Assembly (NCBI GenBank): GCA_963715335.1
Contig: CAVQRZ010000030.1
Location: 1-64,000 of the forward strand
From: an uncultured delta proteobacterium
Lineage (GTDB): Bacteria > Desulfobacterota > Desulfuromonadia > Desulfuromonadales > BM103
Reading direction: 5' to 3'
Length of the DNA stretch: 64,000 bases
Position numbers and translations under genes: made by a program. Each line of letters starts with the position of its first letter. Within the stretch, counting starts at the first letter, position 1. The notes under the pieces were generated by a model, which made no database searches, was not told the DNA's origin, and was given only the letters and a program-made list of their open reading frames with translations. Shown here one piece after another: positions 27,069 through 36,797 of this stretch.

Positions 27069-27962
27069 ATGACTCTCGAACAACTAAAAATGCTGGTCAC
27101 GATTGCTGACTTCGGCGGCATCCTTGCCGCAGCGGGAAAACTGCACAAGACCCAGCCGACAGTAAGTGTTGCCATCAAGAAGTTGGAGGACGAACTGAGG
27201 CTCCAGATTCTCTCGCGCGATAGTTATCGTGCCAGGCTTACCCCTGCCGGCGAAGCTCTCTGCCGACAGGCTCGTGTGATTCTCAAACAAAGTAATATCC
27301 TGAGTGAAATGGCTAAGCACCTGGCGCAAGGCAATGAACCCGAGGTACGCATCGCCATTGAAGCCAGTTGCCCGCTTCCCCTGGTTCTTGAAATCCTCGC
27401 TGCCTGTGAGAATAAGTTTCCCGGAACCCAGTTTAACCTCATGGGCGACACTTTGTGGGGAGCCTTGGAGCGTTTGCAATTGGGAGAAGCCGATTTGGCT
27501 ATCAGTCCCTGGTTTGAAGAAAACCTTGAATTAGAGTCTTTCCTGTTAACGACTTCCACACTCATTTCAGTCGCTTCCGCGAAATTCAGAGATGCTTTGG
27601 TGAAAAGGGTGCTAACGCTGGATGATTTGGTGGATTTCGTACAGGTTGTCGTCAGGGATAGCAGTCGCAACCCTCGCCAGCAAAGTTTTGGTTACCTGGC
27701 AGAGAGCAGGCATTGGTATGTCACCGATCATTTGACGAAGAAAGAGATAATCCTTGCCGGGATGGGGTGGGGGCGTTTACATGAGCACATGATCACAGAG
27801 GAGTTGGTTGCAGGCAAACTGGTCCCTTTAACAATCCATAATTATCAAACCACGATGGACGTCAACATCTGTGTCGCACGCATGATGGACAAACCGGTTG
27901 GGCCTGTTGCTGAAACTCTTTGGCAGGACTTCTCCAGGTACTCCGAAGAGAGGGGTAAATAG
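27069..27962 (+). CDS. LysR-family transcriptional regulator
   Basis: N-terminal HTH (AAAGKLHKTQPTVSVAIKKLE), 297 aa; divergent from yceI across an AT-rich spacer. Confidence 0.95.
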   Translation: MTLEQLKMLVTIADFGGILAAAGKLHKTQPTVSVAIKKLEDELRLQILSRDSYRARLTPAGEALCRQARVILKQSNILSEMAKHLAQGNEPEVRIAIEASCPLPLVLEILAACENKFPGTQFNLMGDTLWGALERLQLGEADLAISPWFEENLELESFLLTTSTLISVASAKFRDALVKRVLTLDDLVDFVQVVVRDSSRNPRQQSFGYLAESRHWYVTDHLTKKEIILAGMGWGRLHEHMITEELVAGKLVPLTIHNYQTTMDVNICVARMMDKPVGPVAETLWQDFSRYSEERGK

Positions 27963-28232
27963 TAAGGCTGCGCGATATATCAAAATAGGCCGATAGCGCA
28001 GCGGTGCCCGAATTGTTTGGGGAATTCATTGATGTCGGCTATGTGAACAGGATAAATTTAAAGTACGGTAGAGTCTCGTCTCCTGCCAAATTGAAACCCC
28101 CTCGGATACCGATGCCATCTCGCTGGAATTACAGTAAATTCATCTCTTTTAGAAAAATTAAGAGTGATTTGGTTACATTTGGTGGGGCGTATGGTGTAGA
28201 ATCGACAAATTGTTCTGCCGAAGGGGGCGCAA

Positions 28233-29384
28233 ATGAAGAATCGAAACAAACCTGCCACTCCAACCAAAGAGCCCGTTGATTCAGCAACTCGAAAATCTAT
28301 TGATGCCGTCATCGGGCAGTTCTTTAAAGACGACACGGCTTCTATCCTGATTGAATCTTTCGCAGAAGCGTTTCTGGTGATTAATGAAAGTTCGACTGTT
28401 ATTCTGGTGAATCGCCGCTTTGTAGAATTGTTCGGTTATGAAAAGGACGAAATCGTCGGCCAACAACTTAACCTGATTATCCCTGAACGGTTTCGTCACG
28501 CCCACTCCGAACACACGCGCGATTATTTCAAGACTCCTCATGTCCGCTCTATGGGACAAGGCCTTGAACTGAAAGGCTTGAAGAAAAACGGTGACGAATT
28601 TCCAGTTGAAGTCAGTATCAGTTTCTTGCGCAACGAAAAAGAAAAACTGGGCATGGCATTTATCACCGACATCACCGCGCGTACAGAAGCAGAGCAGGCG
28701 TTGCAAAAACAGAATCGAGCGTTAAGCGACTTCGCCCAAACCGTAGCCCATGATTTAAAGTCGCTGATCACCGCCCTCACTGGTTTTAGCGAACTCTTGG
28801 CACAAGAGTATGAAAACCTGTCAACCCGGGACCGGCAGACCTCGATGAATACGGTCAAAGAGACCAGCTACAAGATGAATGACATCATCAATGAGCTGCT
28901 CTTCCTGGCCCGCGCCAAGCGGGAGGATGTCGTTTTGCGAAACATTGACCTCAACATTGCTGTGCAGGAAGCCCTGAAAAGGCTGCAATGGAAGATCGAC
29001 TCCACAGGTGCGATGATTGTTGTGGGGGCGCTTGACGGGAGGGTTCAGGGGCACCAGCCATGGATCGAAGAAGTGATTTACAACCTGGTCAGCAACGCCC
29101 TGAGTCACGGTGGCGAGAAGTTGACGGTTCGTATCGACACCGTGTCTTCGGCAGGGGAGATGGCCAGAGTGCGGATTTCCGATAACGGCGGCGGCATGTC
29201 GGCAGATCAGTTGCGCGTTCTGCTTGAACAGCCAGAAGACCTCCCTCACAACTGGGTCAAAGGACACGGCCTTGGGCTGAGCATCGTTCGTCTTGTCTTG
29301 GAAAAGCTCGGCAGTTCGCTTGAGATCCAATGTGTGAACAACGAGGGGTGCTGCTTCAGCTTCCTGCTGCCGGCTTATTCGTAA
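28233..29384 (+). CDS. PAS-domain sensor histidine kinase
   Basis: FixL-like PAS (IPERFRHAH...GDEFPVEVSIS), H-box VAHDLK, N-box NLVSNA, GHGLGL. Confidence 0.9.
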   Translation: MKNRNKPATPTKEPVDSATRKSIDAVIGQFFKDDTASILIESFAEAFLVINESSTVILVNRRFVELFGYEKDEIVGQQLNLIIPERFRHAHSEHTRDYFKTPHVRSMGQGLELKGLKKNGDEFPVEVSISFLRNEKEKLGMAFITDITARTEAEQALQKQNRALSDFAQTVAHDLKSLITALTGFSELLAQEYENLSTRDRQTSMNTVKETSYKMNDIINELLFLARAKREDVVLRNIDLNIAVQEALKRLQWKIDSTGAMIVVGALDGRVQGHQPWIEEVIYNLVSNALSHGGEKLTVRIDTVSSAGEMARVRISDNGGGMSADQLRVLLEQPEDLPHNWVKGHGLGLSIVRLVLEKLGSSLEIQCVNNEGCCFSFLLPAYS

Positions 29385-29409
29385 AGGCACGCTACGAAGT
29401 ACAAAAGAA

Positions 29410-29498
29410 AAGGGCGCCCCTGTGAAGATCGTTCTTTGTAAATACAGGATGGAGGGCCTGGGTTCGAACCAGCGATCCCTGTTCCCGAAGCGGTTGGA
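29410..29498 (-). repeat. Degenerate tRNA-Pro 3' fragment plus hairpin (att-like repeat), copy 2
   Basis: minus strand gcttcgggaacagggatcgctggttcgaacccaggccctc; aligns with copy 1 over ~85 bp including non-tRNA flanks. Confidence 0.7.
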
Positions 29499-29545
29499 TG
29501 CGCTCGCTCTCCAGTGCGCTTACATGCCAGAAAGACATCCTCCAG

Positions 29546-30082
29546 CTAAGGGTTAAGCCTCTCGTAACGATCTTCCCCGGTTTCCTCATCCTTCCCAAAC
29601 AATTCGATGTAGGTAACTTTTGCAGATACGCCTTTCCCCTTGGAACTGATAAAAATCTTTTCGATGTAGGCAGGTTGACCATCGATAATCGTTGCAGCCC
29701 AATATTCTCCTTGTACTTCATGGACCCTGATCCTTCGATTTATCTTGGCGGCCATGTCCATGGTGGCACTGTTCGTTTCGTCGTTGTATTTGACCTTGAA
29801 CCCGTAAGCAAAGGTTTTCTCAATCCAATTGAGATCCTCCTCTTGCCCTTCCTCTGCGAGTCTGACCCAGTAGGCAACAACAGGCTCCTTGGGATCAAGC
29901 TTGCCATCTGCTTCCATCTGCACATCGTATTGCACAATATTGGCATTCTTGCTGCGCTCGATTTTGAACAGATGCTGGGTCTGCCGGTTCTTTGCCAGAG
30001 ACTCTATTGGGATGAGAAGCGCGAGTGTGATGCAAATCATCAGGACAATCACCATTGCTATGCTGGTACGTAAGAATAACAT
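29546..30082 (-). CDS. DUF4833-like secreted protein
   Basis: signal peptide; LFKIERSKNANIVQYD...AYW...LNWIEKTFAYG. Confidence 0.7.
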   Translation of the reverse strand: MLFLRTSIAMVIVLMICITLALLIPIESLAKNRQTQHLFKIERSKNANIVQYDVQMEADGKLDPKEPVVAYWVRLAEEGQEEDLNWIEKTFAYGFKVKYNDETNSATMDMAAKINRRIRVHEVQGEYWAATIIDGQPAYIEKIFISSKGKGVSAKVTYIELFGKDEETGEDRYERLNP

Positions 30083-30198
30083 TTCGTCCTCCATACCCGG
30101 AGATTGCGCCTGTAGCTTTCTGCACAACACGCCTTTAGCTTTTGCACAACCTAAGGGGATCATCTCTATCTCAAGCCACCCTATTGTCAAATTTCAGG

Positions 30199-30606
30199 TC
30201 ACGCCGTTGTCAACACCAACTTGCCATGCTTCACACCCTTGGTCCCGATCAATTCATCCGCGAGGCGTTTGACCTGGGCAGCGGTGCCGCGCACCACGAC
30301 AACTTCCAGACAGTGATGGGCGTCAAGGTGGACATGCAGGGCCGAGACGATGGCGTTGTGGTGCGTGTGCTGATGTCCTGTGAGTTTGTCGGACAGGTCC
30401 CTGGTGTGATGGTCGTAAACCAAGGTCACGGTGCCGACCGTTGGCGTGTCGTCGGCGCGGTTCAACTGCGCCTCCACCAGCGCATTACGAATCATGTCGC
30501 GAATCGCCTCGGAGCGATTGTCGTAACCCTTATCGGTGATCATCTGGTCAAAGTTGTCCAGCAGGCGCTGGTCAATGGAGATGCCAAAGCGGGCGAGCTC
30601 AGTCAT
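30199..30606 (-). CDS. nikR: Nickel-responsive transcriptional regulator NikR
   Basis: [35 protein letters not shown]. Confidence 0.95.
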   Translation of the reverse strand: MTELARFGISIDQRLLDNFDQMITDKGYDNRSEAIRDMIRNALVEAQLNRADDTPTVGTVTLVYDHHTRDLSDKLTGHQHTHHNAIVSALHVHLDAHHCLEVVVVRGTAAQVKRLADELIGTKGVKHGKLVLTTA

Positions 30607-30725
30607 GTTGTCCTCACAGGTCGGCATTTTTGCAAATCTTTACACGGCTGTTTTGATCGGTCAAGAATCTTGCCCGGTTAGCGATGGATATCCCCTTCCC
30701 ATCCACAGGCTGTCCACTGATTTTT

Positions 30726-30773
30726 GCACAATATGTTGTGTGAAACAAAAGTTTTTTTGTCTATATATTGTGT
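30726..30773 (+). promoter_or_regulatory. Tandem NrdR boxes
   Basis: gcacaatatgttgtgt (30726-30741) and tgtctatatattgtgt (30758-30773) match acaCwAtATaTwGtgt; 32-bp spacing; upstream of nrdD. Confidence 0.85.
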
Positions 30774-30839
30774 TTTTATCTTTGTTATCCAGTTGTTCTG
30801 TGATAGTTCTGAAAAAGTGTTTTCTATCTGGGGGAGGGT

Positions 30840-32831
30840 GTGGTGCTGGAATTTATTCGCAAGAGAGATGGGCGGCTTGTAGCGTTTGAAGAAGAGAAAA
30901 TTGCCTCGGCTGTACGGAAATCAGTCCAGGCCGTAGGTGGCACCGACATGGAGCAGGCCGCCGGAATCGGTCGGCAGATTGTCGGAATCCTGGAGGTTAT
31001 TTACAAGGACGGGCGAATCCCGACCGTTGAGAATGTCCAGGACCTGGTCGAAAAAATCCTTATTGAGAACGGTCACGCCAAGACGGCCAAGGCCTTTATT
31101 CTCTATCGACAGCAGCACGCCACGTTACGTGAGACCAGGGCGTTCATCAAGGAATCAATCGAATCGATGGATTCCTATCTCACCCAGGAAGACTGGCGGG
31201 TCAATGAGAACGCCAACATGGGGTACTCTCTGCAGGGCCTCAATAATCACATCGCGGCCAACATTACCAGCAACTACTGGCTGAACAAGATCTATCCGCA
31301 TTACGTCGCCGACGCTCACCGTGACGGCGATTTCCACATCCACGACCTCGGCATGCTCTCGGTCTATTGCTGTGGCTGGGATCTAAAAGATCTGCTGCTG
31401 AAGGGCTTCACCGGCGCCTACGGCAAAATCCAGAGTGCACCACCCAAGCATTTCCGTACGGCCATGGGACAGATTGTCAACTTCTTCTACACCCTGCAGG
31501 GGGAGGCGGCGGGCGCACAGGCCTTCGCCAACTTCGACACCTTGCTGGCTCCCTTCATCCGCTACGACGGGCTCTCCTACAACGAGGTCCGCCAGTCGAT
31601 GCAGGAGTTCATTTTCAATATGAACGTGCCGACCCGGGTCGGCTTCCAGACCCCCTTCACCAACATTACACTCGACCTTTTACCCCCACGCGACCTTGCT
31701 GAAGAAGCCGTTATCATCGGCGGCAAGCTTATGGAGCACACCTACGGTGACTTCCAGGAAGAGATGGACCTCTTCAACCGTGCTTTCTGCGAAGTGATGA
31801 TGGCCGGTGACGCTTCCGGGCGGATTTTCTCCTTCCCGATTCCGACGGTCAATATCACCCGGGATCTTGACTGGGAGAGCCCGCGCTTCCGGCCGATCTG
31901 GGAAATGACGGCCAAATACGGCATCCCTTACTTCAGCAATTTCATCAACTCCGACATGGATCCGGCAGATGCCCGTTCCATGTGCTGTCGTTTGCGGCTC
32001 GACAACCGGGAACTGCGTCGCCGGGGCGGCGGCCTGTTTGGCTCCAACCCGTTAACCGGCTCGATCGGCGTAGTCACCCTCAACCTGCCTCGTGCCGCTT
32101 ATCTGGCCAAAGACGTCGAAAGCTTTTTCAGTCGAATCTCTGAGCTGATGCGAATGGCCTACGAATCCCTCGAGATCAAGCGCAAGCAGCTCGAAAGACT
32201 GACTGAAGAAGGACTGTATCCTTACAGTCGCTACTATCTGCAGGGGATTCGCGAGCGCAGCGGCCGCTTCTGGGACAACCATTTTTCCACCATTGGTCTG
32301 CTCGGTATGAACGAAGCGATGCTCAATCTGGTCGGGCAGGGCATTGATGTTACGGAAGGCAAGAGCCTGGCGGTGCGGACCCTGCAGTTCATGCGCAGTC
32401 AGCTCGAGGCTTACCAGGAAGAGACGGGCCATCTTTTTAACCTTGAAGCGACTCCCGCTGAAGGGACCAGCTTTCGTCTGGCCCGAGCTGACCGGGAGCG
32501 TTATGCCGACATCATCACTGCGGGAGATTCCGAGCCTTACTATACCAATTCAACGCAGCTTCCGGTCGGCACGACCGACGATATTTTCGAAGCCCTGACC
32601 CACCAGGATTCGCTGCAGACCCTGTATACCGGTGGCACGGTTTTCCATGGGTTCCTCGGCGAGCGGCTGGATGACTGGCAAAGTGCCCGGCTCATGGTGC
32701 GGCGTATCGCTGAGAATTTCCATCTGCCGTATTTCACGATCAGCCCGACTTTTACGATCTGCCCGGAACACGGCTATATCCCGGGTGAACATTTTGCCTG
32801 TCCGCATTTGCATGAGGGGCAGGCCGCATAA
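30840..32831 (+). CDS. nrdD: Class III anaerobic ribonucleoside-triphosphate reductase, large part (lacks glycyl-radical loop)
   Basis: ATP cone (IRKRDGRLVAF), HIHDL, YCCGW, SMCCRL, EATPAEG; ends CPEHGYIPGEHFACPHLHEGQAA* with no RVxG. Confidence 0.95.
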   Translation: MVLEFIRKRDGRLVAFEEEKIASAVRKSVQAVGGTDMEQAAGIGRQIVGILEVIYKDGRIPTVENVQDLVEKILIENGHAKTAKAFILYRQQHATLRETRAFIKESIESMDSYLTQEDWRVNENANMGYSLQGLNNHIAANITSNYWLNKIYPHYVADAHRDGDFHIHDLGMLSVYCCGWDLKDLLLKGFTGAYGKIQSAPPKHFRTAMGQIVNFFYTLQGEAAGAQAFANFDTLLAPFIRYDGLSYNEVRQSMQEFIFNMNVPTRVGFQTPFTNITLDLLPPRDLAEEAVIIGGKLMEHTYGDFQEEMDLFNRAFCEVMMAGDASGRIFSFPIPTVNITRDLDWESPRFRPIWEMTAKYGIPYFSNFINSDMDPADARSMCCRLRLDNRELRRRGGGLFGSNPLTGSIGVVTLNLPRAAYLAKDVESFFSRISELMRMAYESLEIKRKQLERLTEEGLYPYSRYYLQGIRERSGRFWDNHFSTIGLLGMNEAMLNLVGQGIDVTEGKSLAVRTLQFMRSQLEAYQEETGHLFNLEATPAEGTSFRLARADRERYADIITAGDSEPYYTNSTQLPVGTTDDIFEALTHQDSLQTLYTGGTVFHGFLGERLDDWQSARLMVRRIAENFHLPYFTISPTFTICPEHGYIPGEHFACPHLHEGQAA

Positions 32832-32887
32832 TTCCCTTACGCAGAGCAACTGTTTTTTATCAAGTGACCAACTGGAGGAGGCGCAGC

Positions 32888-33028
32888 ATGTCAACCAAAT
32901 GTAATGCCAGAACAGAAGTCTATTCACGCGTCTGCGGGTTTTTCCGTCCTGTACAACAATGGAACAAGGGCAAGAAGGAAGAGTTCAAGGATCGTCAGGA
33001 ATACGTCGTCGAAGAAGGTCGAGGTTAA
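32888..33028 (+). CDS. Stand-alone NrdD glycyl-radical peptide, 46 aa (not in ORF track)
   Basis: GGAGGAG RBS 7 nt upstream; MSTKCNARTEVYSRVCGFFRPVQQWNKGKKEEFKDRQEYVVEEGRG matches the NrdD C-terminus (EVYSRVxG..RP...WNxGK..EF.DR). Confidence 0.92.
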   Translation: MSTKCNARTEVYSRVCGFFRPVQQWNKGKKEEFKDRQEYVVEEGRG

Positions 33029-33077
33029 GGGCTAGTCCCCGACCAGGGGGCGGTCCCGGAGTCTGGGCAATTAGAAT

Positions 33078-33773
33078 ATGGGTATAAAAGGTTTCCAGGG
33101 GACGAGTCTGCTCGATTTCCCCGGGCGGGTTGCGTCCCTGGTCTTCTGGGGCGGGTGCAATCTGACCTGCCCTTTCTGTCATAATCCTCCCCTGGTTCTG
33201 GATCCGGAAAGTTATCCGGACCTCGATATAGCTGGAATCCTCTCTGATCTCGCCGAGCGCGGGGCCTTTATCGATGGCGTCGTCGTCTCGGGTGGCGAAC
33301 CGACCATGGACAACGACCTGCCCGCATTCCTGAGAAATGTCAAGGCGTTGGGCCTGGACGTCAAACTCGACACGAACGGACTGGCTCCTCGGGTTACGGC
33401 AGGGTTGATCGAACAGGGTCTTGTTGATTACCTGGCCATTGATCTGAAAACCGTCCCTGAGCGTTACCGGGAACTGCACCCTGGCAAGGTCTTTCCCGAA
33501 CGCCTTCTCGAGACTGTCCGCGCCTGTGCTGGTGCCCCTGTCGAGCTGGAATACCGCACCACCTGTGTCCCCGGCTGGGTCGATGAGGATGTGATTGCCG
33601 GACTCGGTGAATTGATCAATGGCGCACCACTCTGGGCTCTACAGCAATATCACCCGGAGCATGCCCTGTGTGAAACCGCCAGGAATGTGGCGGCTTATCC
33701 CCCAGAGCGAATCCACTCCTTTGCTGATCTTGCGGGCCAATTCGTGCAGCGGGTGGTTGTGCGCGGGGTGTGA
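33078..33773 (+). CDS. nrdG: Anaerobic RNR activating enzyme (radical SAM)
   Basis: GCNLTCPFCHN, SGGEPT, KLDTNG, YRTT; follows nrdD. Confidence 0.95.
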   Translation: MGIKGFQGTSLLDFPGRVASLVFWGGCNLTCPFCHNPPLVLDPESYPDLDIAGILSDLAERGAFIDGVVVSGGEPTMDNDLPAFLRNVKALGLDVKLDTNGLAPRVTAGLIEQGLVDYLAIDLKTVPERYRELHPGKVFPERLLETVRACAGAPVELEYRTTCVPGWVDEDVIAGLGELINGAPLWALQQYHPEHALCETARNVAAYPPERIHSFADLAGQFVQRVVVRGV

Positions 33774-33904
33774 TGCAAGCAGAGTTACGCGGGCATCTTC
33801 GTCTGCAAGCAAGCCTACGGAAGCGGTTTTCTGCAACTATCCATATATTATCTGAAAATTAATATGCAATGTCTTAGCGTTGCACTCGCTTGTTGCTTTG
33901 CAGG

Positions 33905-35857
33905 TTATCTTTCGCACAGCCAGTAAAAACCGAATCGTGGAATCACCAGGCTGTTTTTGAAAACGTCCGGACTTTCACCGCGATACAGGTCAACCAGGGA
34001 GCGGTATTGAGTTCCCCAATTCCCCAGGTTTTCGAGGTTGAGGTGCTGCGGCTTGTTGCTGAAGTTGGCTACGACCAGAACCTTTTCATTCTGCTTTTGC
34101 AGATGATAGCGACCGAACACAAACAGGTGCGGGTTTTCGACTTCGAGCAGTTCGCGGTTGTTGAAATCTGCGAACACGGCGATTTCTTTACGGACCGCAA
34201 TCATTCTCTTTAAGGCACTGAAAATTTCATACTCGACGCTTCCAGGCGTGTTCCTGCGCTCCGCCTTATCCCAGTCGATAGAAGGCCTGTGGATCCAGCG
34301 CGTGTCCCCTTTTTTATAGGGGTCGTCCCGGTAGGAATCGTCGTTCAGGGTGCCGATCTCATCCCCGTAGTAAAGCAGCGGGATGCCGCCGAACGACATA
34401 ACCATGCCGTGCAGCAGCAGAATCAGCTTGATCGAATCGGCGATCGCCTGGTTATCGCCGGTTTCCAGGGCGTGCTCCAACCCGACCAGTGAGGCGAGAG
34501 AGCCGGAAATGCGTGTGTCGCCGGTCTTGGCGTTCTGTCCGAATGGGAGCCCGCGGGCGTGGGAGTGGTCGAACTTGCCGGTGAAGTAATCGACCAAAAA
34601 TTTCCGGTGTCTGGTTGGTTCGTAGTCGCAGAGCAGGATGTCCCGGTCGTCAAAACCGAGCCCGATGTCATCGTGACAGCGGACGTAGTTGAGCCAGGTG
34701 GCCCTTTCCAGTTTGACCGGCAGGTTTTTGATCCCCTGGTTCAGCAGGCGGGCATTCTTGGTCGCTACTGCGTCCCAGAGCAGCGCCATGAAAGTGGCGT
34801 TGTAGGCGATCTCACATTCCTTGGCGATAACCGCATCTTCGCCAAAGTATTTGATTACCTCCAACGGTGCGACGATCGCTTCAGCGATGAAGACAACGCC
34901 CGGTGCGCTGACCTGGCAACAGTCTTTGAGTAGCTGCAGGATAAGATGGGCTTCACGCTCATTCTGACAAGTGCTGCCGATTTTTTTCCACAAGAAAGCC
35001 ACAGCATCGAGCCGCAGGATATCGGCTCCCTGGTTGGCCCAGAAGAGGATGATGTTGAGCATCTCGATAAAAACTGCCGGGTTGCTGTAATTGAGATCCC
35101 ACTGGAAATCGTTGAAGACAGTCATCACCCAGCGGCCCATCTCTTCATCCCAGGTGAAATTGCCCGGTGCGGTCTCCGGAAAAATTTCCGGCATGCTATG
35201 TTCGAACATGTCCGGCACATTGCGTGTTTCGAAGCTGTAGTAATAGTCCTGATATTTTTTCTCTCCGGCCCTGGCGCGAGTCGCCCAGTAATGTTTGTTG
35301 GAGGTGTGGTTGACGACGACATCAAGCACCAACAGGATGTCGCGAGTGCGCATCTCGTCAGCCAGCTGCCTGACATCCTCCAAGGTGCCGACCTCCGGGT
35401 CGATTTCGCGAAAATCACTGACCGCATAACCGCCGTCGCTACTCCCTTCCGGGCAGCGCATGATCGGCATCACATGCACCATGTTGATGCCCAGCTCCTG
35501 GAAATAGTGCAAGCGTTTTTGCAGCTCCGGCAGGGTGCCGGCAAAACCCTTGCAGTAAAGGGCCATCCCGACCCATTGCTGGTTGAGAAACCAGTTGTAA
35601 TTCTTTTCCCGTTCGAGATCGAGTTGGCGCAACTTTTCCGGGCGTTTGATATATTGCCGGGCCATGGTTTCGACCAGCTGCTGAGCCTGCTTGGTGAAAT
35701 CGTCCCGGTCTCCGTAGAGTCTTTGAAACAGCGAGTGAATGCCGTAAAAGTTGGCTCCCAGCCGGGTGTAGAAATGCCTCAGATCCTGCTCCGAGATCTC
35801 CGGTTTGATACGGTTGAGGATGTCGTTCAGAAGTGTGTGGGAAACCTGTTCGTACAT
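33905..35857 (-). CDS. ams: Amylosucrase / sucrose hydrolase (GH13)
   Basis: SDGGYAVSD, DVVVNHTS, LRLDAVAF, AEAIV, YVRCHDDIG, RISGSLASLVG. Confidence 0.88.
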   Translation of the reverse strand: MYEQVSHTLLNDILNRIKPEISEQDLRHFYTRLGANFYGIHSLFQRLYGDRDDFTKQAQQLVETMARQYIKRPEKLRQLDLEREKNYNWFLNQQWVGMALYCKGFAGTLPELQKRLHYFQELGINMVHVMPIMRCPEGSSDGGYAVSDFREIDPEVGTLEDVRQLADEMRTRDILLVLDVVVNHTSNKHYWATRARAGEKKYQDYYYSFETRNVPDMFEHSMPEIFPETAPGNFTWDEEMGRWVMTVFNDFQWDLNYSNPAVFIEMLNIILFWANQGADILRLDAVAFLWKKIGSTCQNEREAHLILQLLKDCCQVSAPGVVFIAEAIVAPLEVIKYFGEDAVIAKECEIAYNATFMALLWDAVATKNARLLNQGIKNLPVKLERATWLNYVRCHDDIGLGFDDRDILLCDYEPTRHRKFLVDYFTGKFDHSHARGLPFGQNAKTGDTRISGSLASLVGLEHALETGDNQAIADSIKLILLLHGMVMSFGGIPLLYYGDEIGTLNDDSYRDDPYKKGDTRWIHRPSIDWDKAERRNTPGSVEYEIFSALKRMIAVRKEIAVFADFNNRELLEVENPHLFVFGRYHLQKQNEKVLVVANFSNKPQHLNLENLGNWGTQYRSLVDLYRGESPDVFKNSLVIPRFGFYWLCER

Positions 35858-35900
35858 AAGCTGCCTTAACCTCGGTTGCTGAGATAGTGGTCTGTTTTAC

Positions 35901-36797
35901 TCAGTCACTATTGACAGAAAGAAACGTTGCAAAGCCCTGATAGAACGCCGCATCGGTGGTCGTTGCACCACGTACTCCAATCACTTTGCTTGCGAACTTT
36001 TGCGCATTTGCAAGTATGGTCGTGATCGGCCACCCCGCCCGCAGGCCGTAGATATACACCGCGCTGAAGGCATCGCCGGCACCGACGGTATCGACCAGTT
36101 GCTCAGCTTTTTCCGGCCGATGGGAATGAAATTCACCATCGACGGTTCTGACCAGGGCGCCTTGATCGCCGCGGGTGACAATTAGCTGCTCCAGCCCGCA
36201 AGCTGTCTGCAGCCCTGCCATCTGCTGGTGGATATCGGTTGCAGTCGCCCCGAGCAGCCGCAGTTCCTCCTGATTCATTTTCACCCAATCGGCATTTTTT
36301 AGCCAGTCGAAGACTTCATCCCGCTGCCACCAGGGTGGCCTCAGGTTAACATCGAAAAATATTTTTAAATTCTTGTTGCAACGGAGTTTTCTCAATGTAT
36401 CACAGGCCCTCAGGTTGCGCAGGCAAAGGGTCCCATGATAGAGAATGCCGGTCATAATTGGTCCGCCCAGCTGATCTGCTGAGATGAAGTCGTAGGCGCT
36501 GTCGGCAACGATATCGTAACTTGGTTCCCCGTTGGTGATCGTCACCTCAACCCGACCAGTTGGGTGTAGCTCATCGATCTGAACGGCCGCGGTATCCATC
36601 CCCCAGTTGTCCATCGCCCGCAGAATCCTGTTGCCGCACTCATCGTTTCCGATCCGTGAAATGAACCGGGGTTTCTCGCCGAAAGCCTGCAGGTGCCAGG
36701 CGACATTGAACGGCGCGCCGCCGAGAACCTGTGCCCCGGTCGGAAAGCAGTCGAACAGCGCTTCGCCAAAAATGTAGAGTTGTCCACGATTCTTCAT
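35901..36797 (-). CDS. PfkB-family carbohydrate kinase (fructokinase)
   Basis: GEALFD, GGAPFNVA, DVNLR, VDTVGAGDAF; lies in the sucrose cluster. Confidence 0.9.
   Translation of the reverse strand: MKNRGQLYIFGEALFDCFPTGAQVLGGAPFNVAWHLQAFGEKPRFISRIGNDECGNRILRAMDNWGMDTAAVQIDELHPTGRVEVTITNGEPSYDIVADSAYDFISADQLGGPIMTGILYHGTLCLRNLRACDTLRKLRCNKNLKIFFDVNLRPPWWQRDEVFDWLKNADWVKMNQEELRLLGATATDIHQQMAGLQTACGLEQLIVTRGDQGALVRTVDGEFHSHRPEKAEQLVDTVGAGDAFSAVYIYGLRAGWPITTILANAQKFASKVIGVRGATTTDAAFYQGFATFLSVNSD

Noticed and set aside
30112..30150. Short direct repeat tagctttctgcacaac / tagcttttgcacaac upstream of the DUF4833 gene
   Set aside because: Only two 15-16 bp copies; could be an operator but there is too little evidence
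32829..32890. Stop read-through, intron or a simple 1-nt error joining the two nrdD parts
   Set aside because: The parts are in different frames, are separated by 56 nt, carry extra non-homologous residues at the junction, and the small ORF has its own strong RBS; no splicing element is recognisable
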